Notes: a model not told the origin generated them from the letters alone. Numbered from the stretch's first letter, positions 9,317 through 18,824 are shown. The stretch is DNA of 64,000 nt from a virus (IMGVR_UViG_3300031992_000067:1-64000); one strand, 5' to 3'. Program-made: numbers and translations.

Positions 9317-10950
9317 TTCGTTATCCTGAGCATGTTTCCGATCATGAGGCCTGTACCTGGGTCTCCGGCGTATCTTTGCCTGGCGTTGGCGGGCGTAAAC
9401 GTCAGTTCTCCAAGATACGGTTTTCCATCAAGCTCGAAGAAGTCCACCCGCACAAAGTCAAACGGCTCGGACAGCCTGGATGCGTACTCCCTCATCAATT
9501 CAAACGATTTCGGCCTTTGGTGCATTACCGACCGGTTGTTCCTTATGTAGTCAAGCCGGCATATGTCGACGAACTTGAAGTCCATGTCATAGTAGTTGAG
9601 AACCGCATTGCGTGTTCCCGCCCCCGATACCACCTGGCAGTATGCCGGAACCCCGTTGAAGCATATGAACTTGTAGTCGACAGCTTCGTTTCCGTTGTTT
9701 CCTCCTACGTGCTTCTCCGCAAAGGCCCTTCTCGGTATTTCGTGGTATTGCAGTTCATATCCTTTGAGCGCATAGTCCTCGGACAGCCATTTTTTTATTT
9801 GCCCCACCGCCCATGCCTTGTCAAGCCTCGACTTGTCCCCCACTATGATGTTGTAGTGTGAGCCGTGGTTGCATTTGAGCGCGAACCTTTCGGGAAGCCT
9901 TGAAAAGTCAATCTCGTCTCCCGACCTGTACACGGCTATTACCGGCACGCAGATGTCAACGCCCAGCTTTTCGCGTGCGTAGTCCTTTACCTGAAGCTTG
10001 TCGGCGCACCTTGTCATTTCAGGCTTGATCCCGAACAGCTTTATATGGGCGATCTTTTCCTGTATTGTGCGCGGGTTGCCGATGAAATCTCCATGCACGT
10101 ATCCCTTGGTGAAGGCTATGGCCCTGTCGCGCAGCGTCGGTGTCGGTGTCGCCGTCGGCGTCGGCGTCCTGCCATGTGCCGCGATCTCCGCCACGACGGC
10201 GTCTTTCTCCGGGGTGCGCTCGTTTATCTTGTAGAACTCGGACAGCTTGTTGCTGTACTTGTTCCAGTCGTCGCCACGGCCAAGTTTGCATCGTGCAAAC
10301 TCCTCTATGGTTTTCGTGCGGTAGTGGTTGACTCTGGCCATGTGCCACGTGGCTGGTCCGGCGTTTTTTTCCATGAAGCACTCGCATGGCCGGCCCAGCG
10401 TGTCGCACGCCCTCACCCCGGCAGCCCCGTGACAGCTGAACTTGTACGGCGCGCACGACCCGCGTACAAAGCTTTTGCACTCCCTGTTTTCATTGAATTC
10501 CAGAGGCAGCGGCGTTTTAAACCTTTCAACCACCGGCCGGCTGTCGCGCCGTACAAGCCCGCAGTCACCGAATATGCGCCAGTGAAGCCTTATCTCATCA
10601 AACCCGCGGTACCTGGCGTCGGAGAGGAATTCGTCCAGCGACACGTCGGCGTCCACGAACTCGTCAATGTCGAAAAAACCAAACCAGTCAAACTCGTGGC
10701 GCAGCCTGTTGAACGTGTCAAGATACGCCCGGCACTGTACAAACGACCTCACTCCGACGTATTTCTCGTTAACCTCGCAGAAGTCGCCAAGCCCGAACTT
10801 GTTTACAGCGGACTTAAGCCCCGGCATGTCATTGTTGTCGAACACCACTGCTTTCCGAAATCCAAGTCCGATGTAGTGTTTGAGCCATTCCTCGATGTAG
10901 TCGTTTTCGTTTCTGGCTATCGCCACTACGCATTTTCTAAGTCCGTTCAT
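9313..10950 (-). CDS. Glycosyltransferase (GT2/GT92-like) fused to TupA-like ATP-grasp domain
   Basis: Start ATG 10950 after GGAG; AIARNENDYIEEWLKHY..GF, FFDIDEF, NHYRTKT; (TP)n linker; ADKLQVKDY, FALKCNHGS, DYKFICFNG, FVRVDFF..GELTFTP. Confidence 0.85.
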   Translation of the reverse strand: MNGLRKCVVAIARNENDYIEEWLKHYIGLGFRKAVVFDNNDMPGLKSAVNKFGLGDFCEVNEKYVGVRSFVQCRAYLDTFNRLRHEFDWFGFFDIDEFVDADVSLDEFLSDARYRGFDEIRLHWRIFGDCGLVRRDSRPVVERFKTPLPLEFNENRECKSFVRGSCAPYKFSCHGAAGVRACDTLGRPCECFMEKNAGPATWHMARVNHYRTKTIEEFARCKLGRGDDWNKYSNKLSEFYKINERTPEKDAVVAEIAAHGRTPTPTATPTPTLRDRAIAFTKGYVHGDFIGNPRTIQEKIAHIKLFGIKPEMTRCADKLQVKDYAREKLGVDICVPVIAVYRSGDEIDFSRLPERFALKCNHGSHYNIIVGDKSRLDKAWAVGQIKKWLSEDYALKGYELQYHEIPRRAFAEKHVGGNNGNEAVDYKFICFNGVPAYCQVVSGAGTRNAVLNYYDMDFKFVDICRLDYIRNNRSVMHQRPKSFELMREYASRLSEPFDFVRVDFFELDGKPYLGELTFTPANARQRYAGDPGTGLMIGNMLRITK

Positions 10951-10960
10951 ATCGGGTCTC

Positions 10961-13009
10961 CTACCATGGAAAGTCCTGCGCGGCCATCTGCCTGGCGGCG
11001 TCATACGCGTCGCGGGCCTCCTGCACCACCAGAGACCTGGCCCTTGCCTTTGTGTAAGGCTTGACGAACTTCTCGGAAAGCACGTCTGGGGCCGCCATGC
11101 ACAGCGCCATTACCGCATCCCACCGTTTTCTCACCGACGCATTGTTCCAGCCGCTCAGCTTGTTGTCGCTCATGTACCGTATGAACGGAAACGACGTATG
11201 CGCCACGCTGTCAACCGAGTCGACTTGCCTTAGAAATTGAACAACGTCGTTGGCCATGCGCCTGTCAGGGATGAATCGGCACACCTTTTCGGACTTAGTC
11301 ACCCTGGTCCACGGGGCTATGGCCTGCTCGCGTGACATCTGCTCGGGATTGCGGGCGGTGAATTTCCTGGTATGGCCGCTTTTATCGAAGACGAATGCGC
11401 ACAGCATGACGTCCGGACGGCCGTTTTTTTCAATCTCGGCCGCCAGATTCGCCATTGAACGCCGGTTGTACAGCACGTCGTCGGAGTCGAGAAACACAAC
11501 GTAGTCGCTCTCAACACCTAGGTCAAGCGCCGTGTTTCTGGCCCCTCCGGCCATTGTGCGGCTTTCATTTCTCACAAACGTGACAAACCCGTATCTTGCG
11601 CAAGCCGAGCGAGCCTCATTGGACTCGTGTTCATCGGAGGCGTCATCCACCACGGTCATGGAGATTCTTGACATGTCGAACTCCTGGGACGCCACGGATT
11701 CAAGACACCGCTTCAGCTGCCCGGAACTGTTGAAGAACGGGGTCACCACGTGAAACGTGACTCCGGAACCGCCGTACACGGGCGTTGCCTGCGCCGTTGT
11801 TGCATTTTCCATGTCGTTTTCACCAACCGCCACGGCGTGATCGTCTATAAGCAGTTTTCGCCGTTCCAGCACTGCGTCCATGGACGATGACAGCGGTCTG
11901 ATCCGCCTGACGACCCTGTTAGGCTTTATCCAGCTGTAGACATGTGGAACCACATACATGTCTATGCCCGTATCCAGCAGGTATTTGGCCACAAGCTCAT
12001 CGTCACCCGTGTTTTTCGCAGTCTTGAACTGGTCGAACGACAGACCTATCTTACGCGGCATGCAGCAGCTTGTGGCATTGCCCGGCACAGATACCTTCAC
12101 AAACGATGTGCACGTGCGCATAGTCGACTCATATCTCGCGGCCTTAGACACGTCGAGCCGGCCGTCCCTGCCCATTTGGTATAGAACGCCTTCACACGAT
12201 ACAAACGCCCCGCCGTCGAACTTCGCGCATCCAGAAACCATTTTAGCCACATAATTCGCCGGGTATAGCCAGTCATCGTCCACGGTCAGGAAATAGTCGT
12301 AGTCGCCGCACAAGTCAACGGCCCGGAACTTATTCTGGCATCCCAGGTCGTCCTCCCCCGCATAGGCCTTTGGAAACACGTTTTTATATGGCTCAAGACG
12401 CCTGAGGACCTTTGCCAGCCTGTCTCCCTCGTACTCGTTGAGCGCGACGTGCATTTCATCGCACTGCGGTGAAATCGCCTTCACTACGGCCATCATGCCA
12501 TCTTCACGGGCGGGGTATGAGGCCAGCCCCACTATGACACGGCTGTGCGTTTTAGATGTCCTAGATCCGGTATCCGCGGTTTGCACGGTGGTGTCAACGG
12601 CAGTTGGTTTAGGCTGGCCTGAAGCCTCTCTGAGACTCCCCGCGGTAAACGAGAAGCTGCCTCCTTTGGCTATCTTGTCCAGCACCTCTTCCGACATTGG
12701 CTTTTCAACAGCTTGGAAATGCTGCGAGAACGCATACGACATGCCTGGTTTCGGAGCCCCTTTCGCGGCCATGACGTGGTAGGCCTTTGGCATCGGCGAG
12801 CACACCACTAGGTCGTCATCGTCGAACCTGCCAAGCGTCTTTCTGAGCGAAGCCATGTCGGCGACCTTGCAGTCTGCCCGCACCGACCCGCTGAAGTACT
12901 TGGAAACCACTATGGTAACCTCGAACTTAGCCTCCCTCATTTTTTGCAGGCAGAACGACTGCGACATCTGCCCCATTCTATCCGCGACCAGCACTCCTAT
13001 TGTCTTCAT
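10961..13009 (-). CDS. Multi-domain glycosyltransferase (two GT-A-like domains)
   Basis: VGLASYPARE...FLTVDDDWLYP domain and VVTPFFNS..VVDDAS..GGARNTALD..VFLDSDD GT2 domain. Confidence 0.8.
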   Translation of the reverse strand: MKTIGVLVADRMGQMSQSFCLQKMREAKFEVTIVVSKYFSGSVRADCKVADMASLRKTLGRFDDDDLVVCSPMPKAYHVMAAKGAPKPGMSYAFSQHFQAVEKPMSEEVLDKIAKGGSFSFTAGSLREASGQPKPTAVDTTVQTADTGSRTSKTHSRVIVGLASYPAREDGMMAVVKAISPQCDEMHVALNEYEGDRLAKVLRRLEPYKNVFPKAYAGEDDLGCQNKFRAVDLCGDYDYFLTVDDDWLYPANYVAKMVSGCAKFDGGAFVSCEGVLYQMGRDGRLDVSKAARYESTMRTCTSFVKVSVPGNATSCCMPRKIGLSFDQFKTAKNTGDDELVAKYLLDTGIDMYVVPHVYSWIKPNRVVRRIRPLSSSMDAVLERRKLLIDDHAVAVGENDMENATTAQATPVYGGSGVTFHVVTPFFNSSGQLKRCLESVASQEFDMSRISMTVVDDASDEHESNEARSACARYGFVTFVRNESRTMAGGARNTALDLGVESDYVVFLDSDDVLYNRRSMANLAAEIEKNGRPDVMLCAFVFDKSGHTRKFTARNPEQMSREQAIAPWTRVTKSEKVCRFIPDRRMANDVVQFLRQVDSVDSVAHTSFPFIRYMSDNKLSGWNNASVRKRWDAVMALCMAAPDVLSEKFVKPYTKARARSLVVQEARDAYDAARQMAAQDFPW

Positions 13010-14625
13010 TCACCCTCCTTGATTGGTTTGAGCTTTAGCGACCCGCATTTCACCGGTTTTCCAAGCTCAACGGGTTCAGATTTTTCAACACGGCAGTTTT
13101 CAGCCAGCTTCGACACCACGTCTCGCCACGCGAAGCCCGCCACGGTGTAAAACGCCACATACGGGCTGAGCCCAAGTTCAGAATACGCTTTCTGCACCAC
13201 TGATCTCATCCTGTCCGCTACAAGGTCTTTCCAGGCCATTCTCACTGAAACGGCGGGGAAACCCCCTCTGGCGGTCACAGTACACTCAAACATCTCGTCG
13301 TCCCCGGACATTCTTCTGGAATCCACCGACAGCCCCACATTTGCCATCGGCTCCCTGACCCCGTTCATCTTGACGGCGAACACCCCGTCGGGGCCGCAGT
13401 GAAGGGTGCGACCGTTGGCCAAGGCCACGTTGCTCGGCTCTCCGCAGTCCGACGACCCCAGAAGTTCCGTCAGTTTTTCCGCCGGCTCCGAGTTCCCGCC
13501 GAATCCGCCACGTATGGCAAGCTGTGTCTCCGCCGTGGACTTTATGAGGTTCCTGACGACCATTGGCACCTGCACGGAGTCGAGCACGGACAGGACTTCC
13601 GCGCCTTTGCCGTCGGACACCATGGACGCAAATCTCTTGGCCACCATGTACTGCAGGTCATTGTACCTGGCCTTGGTCGCCTTGAAGTCGGATATGTCGT
13701 CATACCTGAGCGAGTCGACGGACGATCTCCAGTCAACCGCCCTTATCTCCGGGGCGCGACCGGCCTTTATCTCCGGCGCCGACAATGTCTCGAGAAGGAA
13801 CTCGGTCGATACCGGGGCGTCAGCCGTTGACAGCAGGTCGATTCTCGTCGTGTTCCTGAACGCTTCAGGCAGCGGGTAGCCATGGAACGCCACGATCGGC
13901 GGACGGCGTGTTGAGCCTGATCCATGAACGGCCCACAGCTTGGCGGCCACCTCCGGCCTTTCAACGGCCAGCACCCGTTCACCTATGTCGGCCGACGCCT
14001 CCCCGAACACGCCGGTGTCAGGGTGCGTCACGACCGCCATGTATCTGAAACTGGGGTTGGCTGGGTCTAGCACCTCTATGCGAGTCACTTCCCCGGACAT
14101 GGTGAACGGGTACAGTATGAAAGTAGATTTACGGTACTTTGGCTTCGTAAGCTCCCTGAGGCATCTTGGCACACCCGAATCCAGGAACAGCCCGACTTCA
14201 GGGTGGAGAAGCCTGAGGTTGTTGAGGGACATGCCGGTTCTGACACCGGCTTTCTCCGGCTGTCGTCTGAGGGCCCTCACGCATCTGGCCAGATATGCTT
14301 TCAGCACCGTTTGAGCGTCTGCCTCCTCGAAATACGCTTCGACGTCGGACGCTAGAAGCGGTTTCAACATGCAGTCTTCAAGTTCGCCGCCTTCAGCGAA
14401 TAAGCCCACGGCCTCCGAAAGTGGAATATCCCTGGCCAGCGACACAAGCGCAGCGGCGTCGCCTCGGAACCGGCAGACCGGATGCGCGCACGAAAACACG
14501 ACTTCGGGTCCTGGAGACGCGGAAAGGCACATGTCCCCGTCGGAGTGGAGAGGGCATCTCCATTTCCCGTCGAGACACTGCGCAGACCCGAGGTGTTTCA
14601 GAAGCTTGTCAGGCGAGACGTTCAT
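13006..14625 (-). CDS. Hypothetical protein with N-terminal zf-CHC2 (primase-type zinc-binding)-like domain
   Basis: WRCPLHSD...FSCAHPVCRFRGD...LSEAV; no Toprim acidic motifs recognised downstream. Confidence 0.6.
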   Translation of the reverse strand: MNVSPDKLLKHLGSAQCLDGKWRCPLHSDGDMCLSASPGPEVVFSCAHPVCRFRGDAAALVSLARDIPLSEAVGLFAEGGELEDCMLKPLLASDVEAYFEEADAQTVLKAYLARCVRALRRQPEKAGVRTGMSLNNLRLLHPEVGLFLDSGVPRCLRELTKPKYRKSTFILYPFTMSGEVTRIEVLDPANPSFRYMAVVTHPDTGVFGEASADIGERVLAVERPEVAAKLWAVHGSGSTRRPPIVAFHGYPLPEAFRNTTRIDLLSTADAPVSTEFLLETLSAPEIKAGRAPEIRAVDWRSSVDSLRYDDISDFKATKARYNDLQYMVAKRFASMVSDGKGAEVLSVLDSVQVPMVVRNLIKSTAETQLAIRGGFGGNSEPAEKLTELLGSSDCGEPSNVALANGRTLHCGPDGVFAVKMNGVREPMANVGLSVDSRRMSGDDEMFECTVTARGGFPAVSVRMAWKDLVADRMRSVVQKAYSELGLSPYVAFYTVAGFAWRDVVSKLAENCRVEKSEPVELGKPVKCGSLKLKPIKEGE

Positions 14626-14633
14626 TTACTCTT

Positions 14634-14662
14634 TTGCTTGCAAAGCAGATTTGTGCTACAAT
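14634..14662 (+). promoter_or_regulatory. Sigma70-like promoter with extended -10
   Basis: TTGCTT-17 nt-TACAAT with TG at the extended position; in the divergent intergenic gap. Confidence 0.55.
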
Positions 14663-14713
14663 GAGTATAGCATATTTGGATTCCTTGTGTGTAAAACCAG
14701 ACAAAGGGGTGCT

Positions 14714-15997
14714 ATGGACATCACTGACGATACTCTACATTCAACGCTGCTTTACGTCTGCAAGGCCGGCAAGGCCCCGGACTACGTTCTGGACGCGAAC
14801 CCGAACGGCATGAGCAAGGAGGCTTCCGAGAAGCTTCCCGACACTCTGTTCGCGGACCGTGTGAACAGGCGTTATCCGATTGACTCCAAGGCCAGCACAT
14901 GGCTGTCGGCGGCGTACTTCGCCAAGACCGCCCAGGACGACAACTACTCGTCCGGCCTTATGAGGAAGATCGTGGAGAAGACCATCAAGCTGGCTGCAGA
15001 CCGGTATGGCATCCGCAAGGACGTCGACGAGGTCATGGACCTCATGTCCCGCAAGCCGGCTGAGAAGAAGGCGGCTGACGACGAATCCAACTATGGCTGG
15101 CCGTCCGAGAAGAAGTACCCCATGTTCGACGAGCACGGGGTTAAGATGGCCAATAGCTATTTCGCGGAAAACTGCTTCAATTATCCGCCCGAGATGAGGC
15201 GCACGATTGCGGAGCGCATCTTCCAGAAGTGTGCGGAATATGGTGTCGAGGCCAACGACACAGTGCGCCGCGAGGCCGGGCAAGGCTTCAACCTGCGCGA
15301 GGATGTCGGCGTGGAGCTTATGGACCGGGTGAAGATGGCCAGCCATACCAGCCCTGAGGTTGCAGGGGCAATGGCCAAGGCCGCGTCGGCCCTTATGCTG
15401 ATGCCGATGTCGGGCTACCAGGCCAATATGCAGAAGTTCGCGTCGCTTCTCGATTCGTTCGATGAGGCCATGGGCTTCGACGACCAGTATGGCCGTCGTT
15501 TCCGCTCTCCCATGGAGATCCTTCACTCCAGGAACGTCAAGGAGGCCCAGGCCTTCATGGACGACTCCGTGCAGCTCGGTGACGCCCTGTTTAGCATCAC
15601 CAAGCTGGCGGGACTCCCGATGGATTTGTTCACCTCCGCCCTGGGGGACGGATTTGGTGACATGATTCGCGGGTGTGATGGCGAGTCCTGTGGTCATATG
15701 AAGGCCATGCGCATCACTAAGAAGGTTCCGGGTGGGATGATGCGCATCACGATTTCCGGCGGCATGCCCGATATGATGGACGGCGGGTTCGGTTTTGACT
15801 CGGACAAGACGCTTGACGCGGAAGACGCCGAGTGCAACCCGGAGGAATGCGAGAAGGCCGAGGAACCCAAGGAATCCGAGGAGGATGGTGGAGAAGAGGG
15901 TGTCATTGACGTCAAGAAACTCGGCAAGGCTTTGAAGGCGCTGCCGGAGCGCGACAGGAACGCGCTCCGTAAGGCGATCGAACTGTACATGGACTAA
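14714..15997 (+). CDS. Conserved-looking phage protein with two DUF6582-like repeats and an acidic tail
   Basis: ATG 14714; RRYPIDSKASTWLSAAYF...IKLAADRYGI and KKYPMFDEHGVKMANSYF...IFQKCAEYGV. Confidence 0.7.
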   Translation: MDITDDTLHSTLLYVCKAGKAPDYVLDANPNGMSKEASEKLPDTLFADRVNRRYPIDSKASTWLSAAYFAKTAQDDNYSSGLMRKIVEKTIKLAADRYGIRKDVDEVMDLMSRKPAEKKAADDESNYGWPSEKKYPMFDEHGVKMANSYFAENCFNYPPEMRRTIAERIFQKCAEYGVEANDTVRREAGQGFNLREDVGVELMDRVKMASHTSPEVAGAMAKAASALMLMPMSGYQANMQKFASLLDSFDEAMGFDDQYGRRFRSPMEILHSRNVKEAQAFMDDSVQLGDALFSITKLAGLPMDLFTSALGDGFGDMIRGCDGESCGHMKAMRITKKVPGGMMRITISGGMPDMMDGGFGFDSDKTLDAEDAECNPEECEKAEEPKESEEDGGEEGVIDVKKLGKALKALPERDRNALRKAIELYMD

Positions 15998-16689
15998 TGG
16001 ACCCTTTCCTTCAGCAATTCGGCCACGACACCTCGGACCCCTTCACGGTCCGGCAGGATCTCATCCAGTCGCCGGAGACAATGGCGACAGTGGTCCACGC
16101 CATAATCCGCGACAAGTACGGGGACGAGGCGTACTGGTGGGATCCGCTCACCGTGGCCCTCGAGCTCAAGGCCGACTTCCAGGTCGATCCGTGCCCGGAG
16201 TTCATGGACCGCTGGGGGGCCATGCAGGTCGTGATGACCGGGGACGCCTTCTTCAACCGCATAGACGCCTTCTTCGGTGTTTGCAACGCCCTCTCGGACG
16301 GCAACCCGTTCTTCGGCGCCTTCGATCCGGTAACGGTCGAGGAGGCCGCCTGGGCAGTTGCCGAGGTTGGCATGAACCGTGACATGCTACCGTTCTCACC
16401 GACCATCAAGAAGTACTGTTCCATCATACTGGAGAAGAACGGCTACGGGAAGGGGAACTTCCCGCCCATTTTCGACGTGGTGTTCGACGACGACACCACG
16501 CTCAAGGACATACGGGCAGGTCTGGTTTCGGACGAGAATGGAAAAGCCATACATCAGTACCTTTCGGAGAATGTCGACGACATCGAGAAGCAGTTCGACT
16601 CATTGGCCGACCTGAAGAACGTGGACGACGACCTGCTCAAGAAGGGTCTTATCAACGCGTTAAAGGAGAACCACAATGACAAGGTATGA
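15997..16689 (+). CDS. Hypothetical protein
   Basis: 230 aa, TAATG coupling, typical codon usage. Confidence 0.8.
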   Translation: MDPFLQQFGHDTSDPFTVRQDLIQSPETMATVVHAIIRDKYGDEAYWWDPLTVALELKADFQVDPCPEFMDRWGAMQVVMTGDAFFNRIDAFFGVCNALSDGNPFFGAFDPVTVEEAAWAVAEVGMNRDMLPFSPTIKKYCSIILEKNGYGKGNFPPIFDVVFDDDTTLKDIRAGLVSDENGKAIHQYLSENVDDIEKQFDSLADLKNVDDDLLKKGLINALKENHNDKV

Positions 16690-17176
16690 ACATGGGTTTA
16701 TGACCAAGTGCGCCGAGTACGGTATAGACGGCGTAAGTCTCCTTAAATACGCGCAGCAAGCGGCGGCACAGTCTCGACCACAACCGCAAAAGGGCGGATT
16801 TATGCGTAATCTGGCTGGCTTTGGCAAGGCCCTGGCCTGGACAAATCCACTTACGGCTCCAATTATGGCTGGAATGGCCGGCGCGAACTACCTGGGTCGA
16901 AAGATTAGGGGATGGACTGGTCAAGGTCAGCAACCTCAGTCGCAACAGCAACCTCAGTCGCAACAGCAACAACAGCCGCAGCCAATGGCACAGCCGGCGC
17001 AACAGCAACAGCAAAAGCCAAGACAATGGGCTGATCCCCGTGTATATGGCACATGGACAACTGCTCCAAAATTCGATTTCAAGAGCGTAAACACGGGCAA
17101 GCTGCGGGAAATAGCCTCTAAAAAGGGGTTCGGCTGGGAATCCGGGCCAGACCGTAGCCGCTGGTTTCAAATGTAA
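16676..17176 (+). CDS. Q-rich protein with shared MTxYxxGFxTKCA leader (possible internal virion protein)
   Basis: MTRYEHGFMTKCAEYGID...; 18-bp tandem repeat encoding QQPQSQ near 16928-16975. Confidence 0.7.
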   Translation: MTRYEHGFMTKCAEYGIDGVSLLKYAQQAAAQSRPQPQKGGFMRNLAGFGKALAWTNPLTAPIMAGMAGANYLGRKIRGWTGQGQQPQSQQQPQSQQQQQPQPMAQPAQQQQQKPRQWADPRVYGTWTTAPKFDFKSVNTGKLREIASKKGFGWESGPDRSRWFQM

Positions 17177-17194
17177 GATGTAAGGAGAACAACA

Positions 17195-17374
17195 ATGAAC
17201 GCACGCAGCAAAATCCTAGTTAAGCAGGCGCAGATGCTCGCCCTGCACAACAGGTACGTCAGGGCCATGAAGGCCGGGCAGCGCGAGATCCAGAAGATCG
17301 CGGCAGCCGAGCTGGCGAAACAGGCCATGTACCGCAAGGTATATGCCGGTCTTAAAAACCTCAGGAAAGGATAA
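17195..17374 (+). CDS. Small basic helical protein (59 aa, not in ORF track)
   Basis: SD AAGGAG; MNARSKILVKQAQMLALHNRYVRAMKAGQREIQKIAAAELAKQAMYRKVYAGLKNLRKG*. Confidence 0.7.
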   Translation: MNARSKILVKQAQMLALHNRYVRAMKAGQREIQKIAAAELAKQAMYRKVYAGLKNLRKG

Positions 17375-17377
17375 CCA

Positions 17378-17725
17378 ATGAGCCAGGACAAGATCATAGC
17401 AGGCGTCACAACCCTCATCGGGCTGGCGACGATGATTTTCGGGATGTCTCAGGAAACGGCTTCCGTAATCCAAGGCGCCGTACCTCAGGTTGTTGGAGGT
17501 GCAATGGCACTCTGCACGGTCATAACGTACCTCCGCAACCGCCAGAAGAACAAGGACCGTGAGTTCAACAAGCGCTCCATGATTTTCCAGGCGATGGTTT
17601 ACAGTGGTTCTCCCGTATCTGACAACGGGTCTGTACGATCCCCGGAAGAGGTGAAGCGCGTTGACAGCCATGTAGCCGAAGCTGCCAGAGCCGTATTTGG
17701 ACCTGATGCGTGTGCGCAGGATTAA
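17378..17725 (+). CDS. Two-TM membrane protein, holin-like
   Basis: IIAGVTTLIGLATMIFG and VVGGAMALCTVITYL followed by basic RNRQKNK. Confidence 0.5.
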   Translation: MSQDKIIAGVTTLIGLATMIFGMSQETASVIQGAVPQVVGGAMALCTVITYLRNRQKNKDREFNKRSMIFQAMVYSGSPVSDNGSVRSPEEVKRVDSHVAEAARAVFGPDACAQD

Positions 17726-17739
17726 CAGGATATACGCCA

Positions 17740-18366
17740 ATGACACCATACGAATACGGGTTTATAACAAAATGCGCCGAATACGGCATAGCTGAAGACG
17801 CCGCGCTTGAGCTTTTGAAAATGCGCGGTGGACTAGTCAAATCCGCCGCCTTAGCCAGATTCGGGTTTTCGCCGTCTGCCACGTATTCAAAAGTGATGGA
17901 CTTTGTCAAACGCACGTTTGGGCGCAAGGTACCTATATCCGGGATAAGGCGTAGCAACTATATCCGCGAACTTGTAAGCGGAAACCCCGAGTACGCGAAA
18001 CTGCGCCGCAAGCTTAACAGGGTTGAAAGGGTCAACTACGAAATAAGAAAGCGGAAGGCACCTATTCTGGACGAGCTTAAAACGCTTAACTATGAACAAG
18101 GCGTCATGGATGGCACTATAAATCCAAATCCGTTTCCGCGTGGTTGGTCCGGACGAGGGGACTTTGCGGATGACATCGTGGCCATACGTCCTGGAATAAC
18201 CAGGTCTAACATACAGTCAAAAATAAATGAAGCCACAGACAAACTGTGGAAACTCAGGCAGCACGAAGCCAAAGTCCATCCATATTACACAAAATACACG
18301 TCTGCGCTTGACAATCTTGAAAATTCAGCGTTTAACGCGGCTCCCAAGTACGACTACGTGTGGTAA
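17740..18366 (+). CDS. Hypothetical protein with shared MTxYxxGFxTKCA leader
   Basis: ATG 17740; MTPYEYGFITKCAEYGIAEDAALELLK. Confidence 0.75.
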   Translation: MTPYEYGFITKCAEYGIAEDAALELLKMRGGLVKSAALARFGFSPSATYSKVMDFVKRTFGRKVPISGIRRSNYIRELVSGNPEYAKLRRKLNRVERVNYEIRKRKAPILDELKTLNYEQGVMDGTINPNPFPRGWSGRGDFADDIVAIRPGITRSNIQSKINEATDKLWKLRQHEAKVHPYYTKYTSALDNLENSAFNAAPKYDYVW

Positions 18367-18374
18367 GGGTGTAA

Positions 18375-18824
18375 ATGAGAAAACTGTCAAAACTGGTCAA
18401 GAAGATACCTGCCGTCGGCCACATGGCTGGCGACGACGTACCGAAGCGCGTCTTGATGAAGTTCGAGGACGGCGAAACTGGTAAGACCAAGTGCGCGGCG
18501 TTCGTCGAGATAGCCGACACGCAGCCCCTGCGTACCAGGGGGCTCTCAAAAAGAGCTTCGCTCGGCAAGTCGTCCGGTATGTACTTCGACTGCCACGGCC
18601 CGTTTTGGATGAAGGATGTGGAATTTCCGCTTGACCTGTGCTACCTGGATGAACGCGGCGCCGTCACAGAGAAGGTGGCGATGGCCAAGGACAAACTTGG
18701 AAGGACCCTGTACCCGCGAAAAAGCGCCGATTCCGTGCAGGCGATCGAGCTTCCGGCTGGATACTGCACCGAGCACGGCATAAAAATAGGGGACGTTCTA
18801 GTCCCAATGGTGAGGATAGACTGA
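18375..18824 (+). CDS. DUF192-family protein
   Basis: VEIADT..LRTRGL, GMYF, FWMKDVEFPLDLCYLD, AIELPAG, GIKIGD. Confidence 0.85.
   Translation: MRKLSKLVKKIPAVGHMAGDDVPKRVLMKFEDGETGKTKCAAFVEIADTQPLRTRGLSKRASLGKSSGMYFDCHGPFWMKDVEFPLDLCYLDERGAVTEKVAMAKDKLGRTLYPRKSADSVQAIELPAGYCTEHGIKIGDVLVPMVRID

Noticed and set aside
14741-15697. Long antisense ORFs (also 22501-23274, 26659-27567, 54179-55054, 10045-11064)
   Set aside because: Mirror frames of strongly codon-biased genes; no motifs or SD
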